64,000 bases of DNA from Rhodothermales bacterium (lineage in GTDB: Bacteria > Bacteroidota > Rhodothermia > Rhodothermales > JANQRZ01): NCBI GenBank assembly GCA_028284265.1, contig JANQRZ010000024.1, positions 192,132 through 256,131 of the forward strand, written 5' to 3'. Position numbers and translations under genes: made by a program. Of the stretch, positions 17,843-26,854 are shown piece after piece; position 1 is the first letter of the stretch; every line of letters begins with the position of its first letter. The notes below the pieces were generated by a model that was given only the letters and a program-made list of their open reading frames with translations, had not been told where the DNA came from and ran no database searches.

Positions 17843-18697
17843 TTGGTGTTAGTTCTGGTCCTCGCCTGCTGCTTTGCCAGCGAAGCCCTCGCTCAGATGC
17901 CGCGTGAGCGGGCAGACCCCGGCGGACCCGTTGAGGAAGTGTTCTGGGCACCGACCATCGTGCTGACGAACTCCGTCACGAACCTGCCGCAGGGCAACCT
18001 CAACTTCACCATCATGCACTCGTTTGGCATCGCCACCGATGGGGTGCAGGACCTCTTCGGCCTCGACGGGGCAGCCAACATCCGCTTCGGGATCGACTAC
18101 GGCGTGTTCGACTGGCTCTCGGTCGGCGTCGGACGGTCGCGGTTTGACAAGCTCTACGACGGGCGCTTCAAGGCGAACGTGCTGCGGCAGACCAAGGACG
18201 GGCGGATGCCGCTGGAGCTAGCGCTGACGGGCAACGTCGGCGTGATGACGCTGGAGAACGGCTTCGAGTTCACCGACCGCCTCAACTACGGCGCGGCAGT
18301 GCTGCTGGCCCGGAAGGTCTCCGATCGACTCAGCGTGCAGGTCGCGCCGATGGTATCGCACTTCAACACCGTGTTCATCGAGGAGGATACCGATGGGGCG
18401 ATTCTCGAACAGAAGAACACGCACCTCGGTCTTGGGCTGGCCGGACGGTTTGCCATCACCCGGCGCGTGGCCGTGCTGGCGGAGTACCTCCCCGTCTTCG
18501 GTGAGCGCTCCGATGGGACGACCGATGCGTTCTCGGTGGGTCTCAACCTAGAGACCGGGGGGCACGTCTTCCAGTTGTTCTTCACCCCCTCGTCGTGGCT
18601 CACCGAGCAGCACGCGATAGCCCGCAACACGGATCAGTTCTTCGAGGGCGACTTCCGGTTCGGCTTCAACGTGAACCGCGTGTTCTCCGTGCGCTGA
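17843..18697 (+). CDS. DUF5777-like beta-barrel protein (usual partner of YceI)
   Basis: LVLVLVLACCFASEALAQ is signal-like, followed by beta-strand-rich sequence. The ATG at 17672 lies upstream of repeat B1, so a TTG/GTG start near 17843-17846 is proposed. The start remains uncertain. Confidence 0.6.
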   Translation: MVLVLVLACCFASEALAQMPRERADPGGPVEEVFWAPTIVLTNSVTNLPQGNLNFTIMHSFGIATDGVQDLFGLDGAANIRFGIDYGVFDWLSVGVGRSRFDKLYDGRFKANVLRQTKDGRMPLELALTGNVGVMTLENGFEFTDRLNYGAAVLLARKVSDRLSVQVAPMVSHFNTVFIEEDTDGAILEQKNTHLGLGLAGRFAITRRVAVLAEYLPVFGERSDGTTDAFSVGLNLETGGHVFQLFFTPSSWLTEQHAIARNTDQFFEGDFRFGFNVNRVFSVR

Positions 18698-18721
18698 ACC
18701 GGATGCGGTGGCATTGCGAGG

Positions 18722-19405
18722 GTGGCGTTCGGCTGTGTATTATGTCTGCGTTCTGCATATCACAACACGCAGACTCTACTTCCAATAAGTGTTATACGGC
18801 TACTCCGCCTCGCCTTGTCAAAGAGCTTTCATACTGACCCTCCAGAGATCATAGCTGATCGGAGGCACGCCCGCGACGCCGAAGGGCGTGCTGCTCTGCC
18901 GCGGCTTATCGAGCGCAAGCCGTATCCAGGCGACGTTCACCCGCTCAACAAGAAGGTTCTTCGTGGCGCACTCCGCCGCGTACCGGAGAAGTACCTCTAC
19001 GGGCTTGCCCAGATCGAGCTAAGGGCACGCAGTAGCGATATCGGCCATCCCTTCGGAGTCTATCTGCCCGACGAGAAAGCGATTCTTCTCTACTCCTTGC
19101 CCGAGGTCTGGCACCTACCCCGTGCTGGCTCTTGGCTCCTCAACAGCCTCCACCGCTTCTACGCCGATGTACGGGAGGTGGAAGACGGCTTGGAGGTTCG
19201 ATGGCCGGAAGAGGGCTTCATAGCGGTCTGGTTCTTCTACGCCGTGCTTGCCCATGAACTCGGCCACCACTACGCAGAACAGTACCGCCGGAAGAACCGC
19301 CAGCCGGTCGGGGTGGTCCATGAGGAGATCGTAGCTGGTCTGCACGCCCGGCGCATCTTCTCAGAGCAGTTGGAGAAGCGCCGCAAAGCGCCCAAACCCA
19401 CGTAG
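18722..19405 (+). CDS. Hypothetical protein with an HExxH motif (putative metallopeptidase)
   Basis: WFFYAVLAHELGHHYAEQY. The first 120 nt or so are visibly A/T-richer than the surroundings. The only in-frame ATG is at 18722. Confidence 0.5.
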   Translation: MAFGCVLCLRSAYHNTQTLLPISVIRLLRLALSKSFHTDPPEIIADRRHARDAEGRAALPRLIERKPYPGDVHPLNKKVLRGALRRVPEKYLYGLAQIELRARSSDIGHPFGVYLPDEKAILLYSLPEVWHLPRAGSWLLNSLHRFYADVREVEDGLEVRWPEEGFIAVWFFYAVLAHELGHHYAEQYRRKNRQPVGVVHEEIVAGLHARRIFSEQLEKRRKAPKPT

Positions 19406-19426
19406 CCGTATAATCCGCCGCTGCAG

Positions 19427-19470
19427 GCCGACACAGGGCGCGAGCGTTCTCGCCTCGTCCGGGTGTCGGC
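19427..19470 (+). terminator. Possible stem-loop downstream of 18722..19405
   Basis: gccgacac ... gtgtcggc is an 8-bp stem enclosing an inner gcgag-cgtt-ctcgc hairpin. There is no clear T tract. Confidence 0.3.
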
Positions 19471-19537
19471 GCTACCTTCGCTTCGTTTGACCATCGTGCC
19501 GTTTGCCCTGAGCGGCCCCCTGTTCATACATGTGAAA

Positions 19538-19566
19538 AGGCCCGCAGCCGGTGGGGCTACGGGCCT
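19538..19566 (-). terminator. Rho-independent terminator of the TPR gene
   Basis: aggcccg...cgggcct is a 7-bp GC stem. On the minus strand it is followed by TTTTC, 28 nt past the stop at 19594. Confidence 0.55.
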
Positions 19567-19593
19567 CGGAAAGCCTGATGGGTGGAGAGGGGC

Positions 19594-20565
19594 TTAGCCC
19601 TGCTCCTGCACCTGACGGACGTAGTCGAGTTGCTGCTGCGCGCCGTTGACGATGGAGGTCAGGTTCACGCGCTGGCCGTACTCGATGGCCTGCGAGAGCG
19701 AGCGCTGGGCCGAGGAGAACTGCTCCGAGCGGACTTGGCTGACGCCCATCTTGTAGTAGGCGCTCGCGTAGAGCTTGTTCATCGACTCGTGGTCCTCGCC
19801 GAGGAACGGCGCGGCTTGGTCGAGCGCGGCGATGGCGTCGCTGAAGCGGTCGGCCTTGAGCGCGGTGTTGGCTTCGATGAGATAGGTCTTGCCGACCGTG
19901 TCGCCGACCTTCGCGGACATCGCGGTGTCGCCCAACTCTTCGGCGCGGGCGGCGAGGGCGGTGAACGCCTCGGTGGACCCCTCGGCGTCGCCGCTCTGGC
20001 GGAGCGCGACGGCACGGAAGAACTGGTAGTTCAGTTCATCGGGAGCCATGCCGATGGCGGCATCGAGCATCGGGATCGCCATCGCGTAGTCTTCGGCCTT
20101 CATGAAGGCGCTGCCTGCTTGGGCAGAGATCTGCGCCTGCATCCCGTCGTTTTCGAGTTGCTCGGCGACGCCAGCGGCGCGGCTGAACTGCTCGCCCGCC
20201 ATCGCGTGCTCCTCGGCATCCGAGTACATCGAACCGGCATCGACGAAGGCCTTGGCGGCTCCTTCCATCATGCCGCTCGCGCTCTCCATAAGCTGGTCGT
20301 CGCCAGACTTCATGGCGACTTCGGCGGCGGCGAGGTACTTCTCACCAGCCATGATGTAGCCGTCGGGTGTGGCGAGTTCATTCGCGTCGCGCGCCTCGGA
20401 CATCATGGTCTCGATCTCGGCGCGGGCCTCGGCGTTGACGGTCCCGGCTTCGGACATCTCGCTCACCGGCTCGACGGGCGTTTCGGTGGTGGTCTGCGCG
20501 CGCACGGTCGCCGGGGCGAGGAGGAGTAGCGCAAAAAGGCAGGACAGCAGGGTCTTGGCGTTCAT
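19594..20565 (-). CDS. Secreted TPR-like repeat protein
   Basis: Signal peptide MNAKTLLSCLFALLLLAPATVRAQ. Ala/Glu/Met-rich helical repeats of about 34 aa. Confidence 0.65.
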   Translation of the reverse strand: MNAKTLLSCLFALLLLAPATVRAQTTTETPVEPVSEMSEAGTVNAEARAEIETMMSEARDANELATPDGYIMAGEKYLAAAEVAMKSGDDQLMESASGMMEGAAKAFVDAGSMYSDAEEHAMAGEQFSRAAGVAEQLENDGMQAQISAQAGSAFMKAEDYAMAIPMLDAAIGMAPDELNYQFFRAVALRQSGDAEGSTEAFTALAARAEELGDTAMSAKVGDTVGKTYLIEANTALKADRFSDAIAALDQAAPFLGEDHESMNKLYASAYYKMGVSQVRSEQFSSAQRSLSQAIEYGQRVNLTSIVNGAQQQLDYVRQVQEQG

Positions 20566-20761
20566 AGGACTAGGTTGGTTGCTAAAGGGAGTGGCGGCGT
20601 CAGAAAACGAGTTACGTCATAGCGACGCGGCATGATCCAGCTTCACAAGGATCTTGCCGAGGCGAAGTGGGGCAAAAACGCGCCCCTATCGCTTCTATTG
20701 TGTGATGAAGAGTGGACGGTGGGCAGTGAGACAGTAGACGGTGAGACGGAAGGCTCTCGAC

Positions 20762-21475
20762 TCAGAAGTTGGGCAGGTGCCCGTGGCGTTGGCAGAAGGA
20801 GTCGATGATCTCGGCGGCTTCGGCGGGGTCGTCGGTCATCGTGATGCGGTCGGGGTCGTCGGGCGAGATGTTGCCCGCATCGAGGAGCGGGCCGCGCACC
20901 CAGTCCATGAGGCCGCCCCAGAACTCGGACCCCATGAGCACGACGGGGAATGGGTCGGTCTTGCCCGTCTGCATCAGCGTCAACGACTCGAACAGTTCGT
21001 CGAGCGTCCCGAAGCCGCCGGGCAGCACCACATAGCCCATCGCGTACTTGACGAACATCACCTTCCTGGCGAAGAAGAAGTCGAAGTTGATGAGCTTGTC
21101 AGGGTCCACATACGGGTTGCCCACCTGCTCGAAGGGGAGGACAATGTTCAGGCCGACCGATGCGCCGCCCGCTTCCTGTGCGCCTTTGTTGGCCGCCTCC
21201 ATGATGCCGGGACCGCCGCCCGTGATGACGCCGTACCCCTTCTCGACGAGCGCCTTGCCGACCTCAACGCCGAGTTCGTAGTAGGGCGTCCCTGGCTTCG
21301 TCCGTGCTGAGCCGAAGACGCTCACGCACGGTCCGACCTCCGACATTACCTCGTAACCCTCGACGAATTCGGCCATGATGCGGAAGATGTGCCAGGTGTC
21401 CTTAATCCGCATCTGGTTCCAGGCGTTGATCTCTTCCGGTGTCATCTGAACACCAGTGGCGAAGGGGTTTTCCAT
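20762..21475 (-). CDS. LOG family / TIGR00730-type Rossmann-fold nucleotide-binding protein
   Basis: VFGSAR, ITGGGPGIMEAANKGA and PGGFGTLDELFE motifs. Confidence 0.88.
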   Translation of the reverse strand: MENPFATGVQMTPEEINAWNQMRIKDTWHIFRIMAEFVEGYEVMSEVGPCVSVFGSARTKPGTPYYELGVEVGKALVEKGYGVITGGGPGIMEAANKGAQEAGGASVGLNIVLPFEQVGNPYVDPDKLINFDFFFARKVMFVKYAMGYVVLPGGFGTLDELFESLTLMQTGKTDPFPVVLMGSEFWGGLMDWVRGPLLDAGNISPDDPDRITMTDDPAEAAEIIDSFCQRHGHLPNF

Positions 21476-21543
21476 GAGGGGGCCGTTGTAGGTAGTCGGA
21501 AAGTGAGCGCGGAACGTACCGACTCGGGAGGCTTGACCGCAAC

Positions 21544-21578
21544 AGAAAAGGGACCCCCGGCCTGTGCCGAAGGTCCCT
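21544..21578 (-). terminator. Rho-independent terminator of the OmpA-family gene
   Basis: agggacc...ggtccct stem. On the minus strand it is followed by TTTTCTGTT, just past the stop at 21615. Confidence 0.55.
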
Positions 21579-21614
21579 GTTGGACACGCTGGTCCAAACT
21601 ACCTCGTCGAGCGA

Positions 21615-22322
21615 TCAGCCGCCCTGCTCGTTTTCAAGCTCTTGGCGGTACTGCTCATTAGCGTAGAGCGCGATCTCGACACGGCGGTTCTGCTGCCGGC
21701 CTTCCTCCGTGGCGTTCGAGGCGACGGGGTTGCTCTCGCCCATGCCGGAAATCTGCATCCGGGTCGGGGCAACGCCTGCCTGCGCGAGGTAGGTCGCCAC
21801 GGCGTTCGCGCGGTTCTCGGAGAGCGTCTGGTTGTAGGAGTCCGTGCCGGTGGCGTCGGTGTAGCCGACCACGAGTGCGTCGGTGTTGGGGTAGTTGGCG
21901 AGGCTGCTGGCGAGGCTGGCGAGGTCCTCGCGGGCGTTCGAGCGCAGCGTGTAGCTGTCGAAGTCGAACAGGATCGCGTTGTCGAACGTGATCTTGATCC
22001 CGGCGGTGTTGCCGTCTTCGCCCGGCACGGTCTCGACGGTGGCGTTTTCGAGTTCCTCGTCGAGTTCTTCGGCTTGCTCTTCCATCTGGCTGCCGATGAC
22101 AGCGCCAGCGGTTCCGCCGACGGCGGCCCCGATGATGGCACCGCGCGCGGTCGAGCCGGTGGCCTTGCCGATGATGCCACCGACGATGGCTCCGGCCCCG
22201 GCACCGATGACGGCACCTTCACCGGTCTTGCTCATGTTCTGACAGCCAACGAAGGTCATGCCGACGAGGGCCAGCACGGCCAGCGGCAGGACGAAACGGG
22301 CACGTTGAAATAGGGTTTGCAT
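21615..22322 (-). CDS. OmpA-family lipoprotein with a glycine-zipper N-terminal region
   Basis: LVGMTFVGCQ lipobox, GAGAGAIVGGIIGKATG glycine zipper, and C-terminal OmpA motifs (GYTDATGTDSYNQTLSENRANAV...RRVEI). Confidence 0.88.
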   Translation of the reverse strand: MQTLFQRARFVLPLAVLALVGMTFVGCQNMSKTGEGAVIGAGAGAIVGGIIGKATGSTARGAIIGAAVGGTAGAVIGSQMEEQAEELDEELENATVETVPGEDGNTAGIKITFDNAILFDFDSYTLRSNAREDLASLASSLANYPNTDALVVGYTDATGTDSYNQTLSENRANAVATYLAQAGVAPTRMQISGMGESNPVASNATEEGRQQNRRVEIALYANEQYRQELENEQGG

Positions 22323-22669
22323 GGTGTCTTGTAGATGGGTTGTGGGCAGAGAGTGTGGTGGGGTGTGAACCCGGAAGTGCGCGGCTTTAACCCCACGCTG
22401 TGTCTTCCAAGTTCCGTTCCCCGTAGGTCTTCTTCGGCTGCAATCGTGTGAAATTCAGCCTGCTGGGCGTCTTCACCCGTTTTGCGCTGCTGTCTATGAT
22501 GCACGACACCGTCGGCAAAAAGCCACAGTCGCTCTTCGTCGAGCGCGCCACGCGGACTGTGTTGATTTTCCGTTACCCCGCGCTTTATGTCGAACCATCG
22601 CCCCGACGCCCGGTATAGCACCGCACTTGGTACCTTTCTCCTCACCCCTTTGACTCTCCACGCATCCGC

Positions 22670-23683
22670 ATGAAGCTCATCATCCCGATGGCCGGGCGCG
22701 GCACCCGGCTCCGCCCGCACACTCACGTCACCCCCAAGCCCCTCATCCACGTTCGCGGCATCTCGATGGTCGAGCGCATCATGGACACCTTCGCCGACAC
22801 GCTCCCGCGTGGGTTCGGCGAAGCCGTGTTTATTCTCGGCCCCGACTTCGGGCAGGGCGTCCGCGACAGTCTCACCGAGATCGCCGAGCGTCACGGCATG
22901 AAGGCGGCCTTCGGTGTGCAGGAGACGGCCCTCGGTACGGCTCACGCCGTCGTGCAAGCAGGCGACCACCTCTCCGGCGAGTGCGTCGTCGTCTTCGCCG
23001 ACACGCTGTTCTACATGGACGAGAAGCCCAACCTCGATGCATCCGATGCTGTCATCTGGGTCAAGCACGTCGATGATCCGAGCCGCTTCGGTGTCGTGGT
23101 TAAGGACGACAACGAGCGCATCACCGACTTCGTTGAGAAGCCCTCGGAGCCGATCTCGAACGAGGCCATCATCGGCATCTACTACATCAAGGACGGGGCC
23201 TCGCTCAAGCGCGAGATCGACTACCTGATCGACAACGACGTGACAGGTGCCGGTGGGGAATACCAGCTCACCGACGCGCTCGACCGGATGCTGAAGGCCG
23301 GGGCCGTGTTCAAGACGGCGAGCGTCTCTGAGTGGCTCGATTGCGGGACGATCCCCGCCCTCAAGGACACCACGAAGGTGATCCTCGATAAAGAAGAGGG
23401 GCCGGACAAAGAAGGCACGGTCGAAAACTCGGTACTCATCGAGCCGGTCTACCTCGGCCCGAATGCCCGCGTGGTGGACTCAGTCATCGGGCCGTATGTG
23501 GCGGTCCACGGCGGTGCTGTCGTGACCAACTCGGTCGTCAAGAACGCGATCGTCTTCGACAAGGCCCGCGTGGACGACTCGGCGCTCGACGACGCCATTG
23601 TGGGGCAGAGTGCCGAGGTGCGGCAGTACGCCGGGCCGCTCAATATCGGTGACCATGCTACCGCGGGGGCGGTCGAGGCGTGA
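22670..23683 (+). CDS. Sugar-phosphate nucleotidyltransferase with a C-terminal left-handed beta-helix
   Basis: MKLIIPMAGRGTRLRP..PKPL is an NTP-transferase G-loop. The C-terminal region has hexapeptide-like repeats. Confidence 0.8.
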   Translation: MKLIIPMAGRGTRLRPHTHVTPKPLIHVRGISMVERIMDTFADTLPRGFGEAVFILGPDFGQGVRDSLTEIAERHGMKAAFGVQETALGTAHAVVQAGDHLSGECVVVFADTLFYMDEKPNLDASDAVIWVKHVDDPSRFGVVVKDDNERITDFVEKPSEPISNEAIIGIYYIKDGASLKREIDYLIDNDVTGAGGEYQLTDALDRMLKAGAVFKTASVSEWLDCGTIPALKDTTKVILDKEEGPDKEGTVENSVLIEPVYLGPNARVVDSVIGPYVAVHGGAVVTNSVVKNAIVFDKARVDDSALDDAIVGQSAEVRQYAGPLNIGDHATAGAVEA

Positions 23684-23702
23684 CGGATTGTCCGGCAGTG
23701 CG

Positions 23703-26120
23703 ATGAAGCTCTACCCCGACGATGCCCAGCAGAAGCTCGGGTTCGACGCGGTCCGGCGGCGGCTCGAAGGGCACGCCCGCAGTCCGCTCGGGCGCGAGCG
23801 GCTGGAGGTCATGCAGCCTTCGACCGACCAAGCACACGTCGAGAGTCTACTCACGCGGACAGCGGAGTTTCAGCAAGCGCTCCGCGCCGACGACCCGATC
23901 CCGCTCTCGCCGTTTACCGACATCCGCGAGGTGCTTCGCCATGCCCAGCCCAAAGACGCGACCGTCGAGGCGGAAGGTCTCGCCGAGGTGGGCGGTGTGC
24001 TCGGGACGATGCGGCGGGCACATGGTTATTTCAAGTCGCGGCGAGACACATACCCGGAAGTCGCTACGCTCGCGCTGGAGATCGAGCCGCAGAAGCAACT
24101 CGAAGAGCATATCACTCGGACCGTCGATGAGCGCGGGCAGGTCCGCGACGACGCGTCGCCTGAGCTTCGACGCATCACCCGAACGCTCGCCGAGCGGCAG
24201 GGCCAGCTCCGGAGTACGCTCCTCAAGTCGCTCCGCGAGGCGGCGTCGCAGGGGTGGACGACGGAGGAGCAGCCGACGGTTCGCAACGGGCGCGCGGTGA
24301 TCCCCGTCCGCGCTGAGGCCAAGCGCAAGGTGCAGGGGTTCGTCCATGATGTCTCCGGCACCGGACAGACGGTCTACATCGAACCTGCCGCCGTGCTCGA
24401 CCTCAACAACGAGGTGCGCGAACTGGAACTGGAGCGAAGCCGCGAAATCCGCCGCATCCTGCGCGAACTCACTGGCCACCTCCGGTCGCAGCTTCCCGAC
24501 ATCCGTGCCAGCCTCGACGTGCTCGCCTGCATCGATGCGCTCCAGGCCCGCGCCCGGCTCTCGAATGAACTCGACGCCCTCGTACCTGAACTGAACGACG
24601 AGGGACGGGTCCGCGTCGTGCGGGGACGGAATCCGGTGCTGGCGTTGCATTTCCAGCGCGAGGGGGAAGACGAGACGGCGCGTGCCGTCGTTCCGCTCGA
24701 TCTCGAACTGAGCGACGAGCAGTGCACCCTCATCATTACCGGGCCGAACGCGGGCGGCAAATCGGTGGCGATGAAAACGGTTGGCGTGCTCGCGTTGATG
24801 GTGTCGTGCGGACTGCCGGTGCCCGCCGCGCCGGGCACTAGCCTCGCCCTCTTCGACCGGCTCTTCGTCGATATCGGCGACCAGCAGAGCATCGAGCAGG
24901 ACCTCTCGACCTTCACCTCGCACCTGAAAAATCTCCGCAAGATGCTCGCCGATGCCGACGACCGAGCGCTTGTACTGATTGACGAAGCCGGGACCGGGAC
25001 CGATCCAGCCGAGGGTGGAGCGCTCGCCCAAGCGATGCTCGAAGCGCTTACCGAGCGTGGCGCACGGACTGTCGCTACGACCCACCACGGCACACTCAAG
25101 GCCTTTGCCCACACGCACCCGCGCGTAGAGAACGGATCGATGCAGTTCGACCAAGCGACCCTCTCGCCGACCTACCGCTTTCAAGAGGGCATCCCCGGCT
25201 CGTCGTATGCCTTCGAGATCGCGCAGCGCGTCGGGCTGAACGATGACGTGCTGGGTCGTGCCCGAGAGTTGGTGGGCGAGGGAAAGACCGCGCTCGAAGA
25301 GTTGATCGCATCGTTCGAGGCGCAGACGCAGGCGCTGGAGGCCGAGTTGGCGACAGCCCGCGAGGAGGCGAAACGGGCCGAACACGCACGCCGCTCCTTC
25401 GAGGGGCGCAACGAAGCGATCCAGAAGCGGAAGGACGAGATCGTCGGGCAGGCACTGGAGGAGGCCGAGCGAATCGTCGGCGAGGCCAACGCGCGCGTCG
25501 AGCGGACCATCCGCGAGATTAAGGAGGCCGAGGCCGCGAAGGAGGAGACCCGCGCTGCCCGAGAGAAACTCGAAGGCTTCAAGGATCAGGTCGAGCGCAA
25601 GAAGCAGAAGAAAGCACGACGCGCACCGAAGCCGCGCCCGGCGTCGGCCAAGGTCGAGGGCGGCCCGATCCGGGTCGGCGACCACGTCCGGCTCGACGAC
25701 GGGCAGACGACCGGCGAGGTGCTGGAGCTAGACGAGAAAGAAGCGCTCGTCGCCCTCGGACAGATGAAGGTCCGTGCTAAGCTGAAGCGTCTGACGAAGG
25801 TGGGCGGCCCGAAGAAGCAGCGCGTCGAGGTTCGCACGCCGAAAGCCCGAGGCCAGACGGCGATGCCCGCGCTCGATGCACAGCGGCGGATCGACCTGCG
25901 GGGGCAACGTGTGGAAGAAGCCATTCCCGCCGTGATGCGGCTCGTCGATGAAGCTGCGATGGCAGGTCTCGAAATGGTCGAGGTCCTGCACGGCACCGGC
26001 ACCGGCGCGCTGCGCGCCGCTATCCGGGACTACCTCGACTCACGCCCCGAGGTGACCCGGTCTGCCGATGCGCCGTGGGAAGAGGGGGGGGCGGGCGTAA
26101 CCGTCGTGTCTCTCCGATAA
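23703..26120 (+). CDS. mutS2: Endonuclease MutS2
   Basis: Internal Met: MKLYPDDAQQKLGFD.... Walker A GPNAGGKS, DEAGTGTDP, a coiled-coil linker, and a C-terminal Smr domain (DLRGQRVEEA...LHGTGTGALR). Confidence 0.93.
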   Translation: MKLYPDDAQQKLGFDAVRRRLEGHARSPLGRERLEVMQPSTDQAHVESLLTRTAEFQQALRADDPIPLSPFTDIREVLRHAQPKDATVEAEGLAEVGGVLGTMRRAHGYFKSRRDTYPEVATLALEIEPQKQLEEHITRTVDERGQVRDDASPELRRITRTLAERQGQLRSTLLKSLREAASQGWTTEEQPTVRNGRAVIPVRAEAKRKVQGFVHDVSGTGQTVYIEPAAVLDLNNEVRELELERSREIRRILRELTGHLRSQLPDIRASLDVLACIDALQARARLSNELDALVPELNDEGRVRVVRGRNPVLALHFQREGEDETARAVVPLDLELSDEQCTLIITGPNAGGKSVAMKTVGVLALMVSCGLPVPAAPGTSLALFDRLFVDIGDQQSIEQDLSTFTSHLKNLRKMLADADDRALVLIDEAGTGTDPAEGGALAQAMLEALTERGARTVATTHHGTLKAFAHTHPRVENGSMQFDQATLSPTYRFQEGIPGSSYAFEIAQRVGLNDDVLGRARELVGEGKTALEELIASFEAQTQALEAELATAREEAKRAEHARRSFEGRNEAIQKRKDEIVGQALEEAERIVGEANARVERTIREIKEAEAAKEETRAAREKLEGFKDQVERKKQKKARRAPKPRPASAKVEGGPIRVGDHVRLDDGQTTGEVLELDEKEALVALGQMKVRAKLKRLTKVGGPKKQRVEVRTPKARGQTAMPALDAQRRIDLRGQRVEEAIPAVMRLVDEAAMAGLEMVEVLHGTGTGALRAAIRDYLDSRPEVTRSADAPWEEGGAGVTVVSLR

Positions 26121-26338
26121 AACACAGGTCGTGTAGCAAATCGAGGAGAGGGTTTCCCCTATAGCGGGCACCGAGGCGGTCTGCTCAGAGTGATTCGAGT
26201 CTCGGCTTGCATTCTTGATGCTTTCGAACGGGTTGGACTGCTTTTTGCCCTTCGCATTTTGCTCCGTGCATGATTCGTCGGGGCCAGCTATCTTTCAGCC
26301 ATGCTATAGCTCGGCGGGCGCAGACCGCCCGTCTTCTC

Positions 26339-26785
26339 ATGCGAACGTTGCTTCCCACCCTGCTCGGTTTTGTCTTGGCCGTAGGCCTCTTCGTCGGCGC
26401 GCCCTACGTTGGGTCAAGTTCCGGAGTGGCCCTCGCGCAGCCGGACTCGACCTCGCTCCTGCAGATTGAGCGGGCCTTTCGTTTCGCAGATCCCGAGGTG
26501 CTGCTCGATGGCGCGACGGATCGGGTCGATGTCATTATCTTCGGACAGGGAGCCTCGTACAGCCGTGCCCAGGCTGTGCTGGTGCTGGAGGACTTCTTCC
26601 GCCGCTATCCGCCGAGGCAGGTGGTCTTCGAGCAGGAGGTGCTGGCCGAAGACCGGCGCTCTATGATTGGTCGCTACTGGGTAGTGGGTGGTGGAGAAGA
26701 GCCTATCGGTGTGTCCATTCGATTCCGCACGAATGAAACCGGGTGGCAGCTTCGAGGGATTCGTGTCAGTCGGGGTGGCCGGTAG
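26339..26785 (+). CDS. DUF4783-like secreted protein
   Basis: Internal Met MRTLLPTLLGFVLAVGLFVG is signal-like. The YSRAQAVLVLEDFF pattern is recalled for DUF4783. Confidence 0.5.
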   Translation: MRTLLPTLLGFVLAVGLFVGAPYVGSSSGVALAQPDSTSLLQIERAFRFADPEVLLDGATDRVDVIIFGQGASYSRAQAVLVLEDFFRRYPPRQVVFEQEVLAEDRRSMIGRYWVVGGGEEPIGVSIRFRTNETGWQLRGIRVSRGGR

Positions 26786-26854
26786 CGAAGCGCACGGGGC
26801 GTACCTTTGAGCGCCGATGTGGCCGGTACACGTCTCGTCTCCTCGTCTCATTCC

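Noticed and set aside
18700-18722. Third copy of family B (ggcattgcgaggg)
   Set aside because: Only about 11 nt resemble one arm, and there is no inverted partner nearby. It is too short to call.
19582-20529. 315-aa ORF on the plus strand
   Set aside because: It is antisense to the TPR-like gene, which has a clean signal peptide and a terminator. It has no motifs.
22323-22669. Possible small RNA or tRNA in the 347-bp divergent spacer between the OmpA-family gene and the nucleotidyltransferase gene
   Set aside because: I could find no cloverleaf, no conserved ncRNA motif and no strong hairpin-plus-T-tract. It is most simply a divergent promoter region. A covariance-model scan would be needed to exclude an sRNA.
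23847-25685. 612-aa ORF on the minus strand
   Set aside because: It is antisense to mutS2, which has Walker A and Smr motifs. It has no motifs of its own and shadow-ORF composition.
26121-26338. Possible ncRNA in the spacer after mutS2
   Set aside because: It contains only short imperfect hairpins and no recognisable family signature. It is left unannotated.
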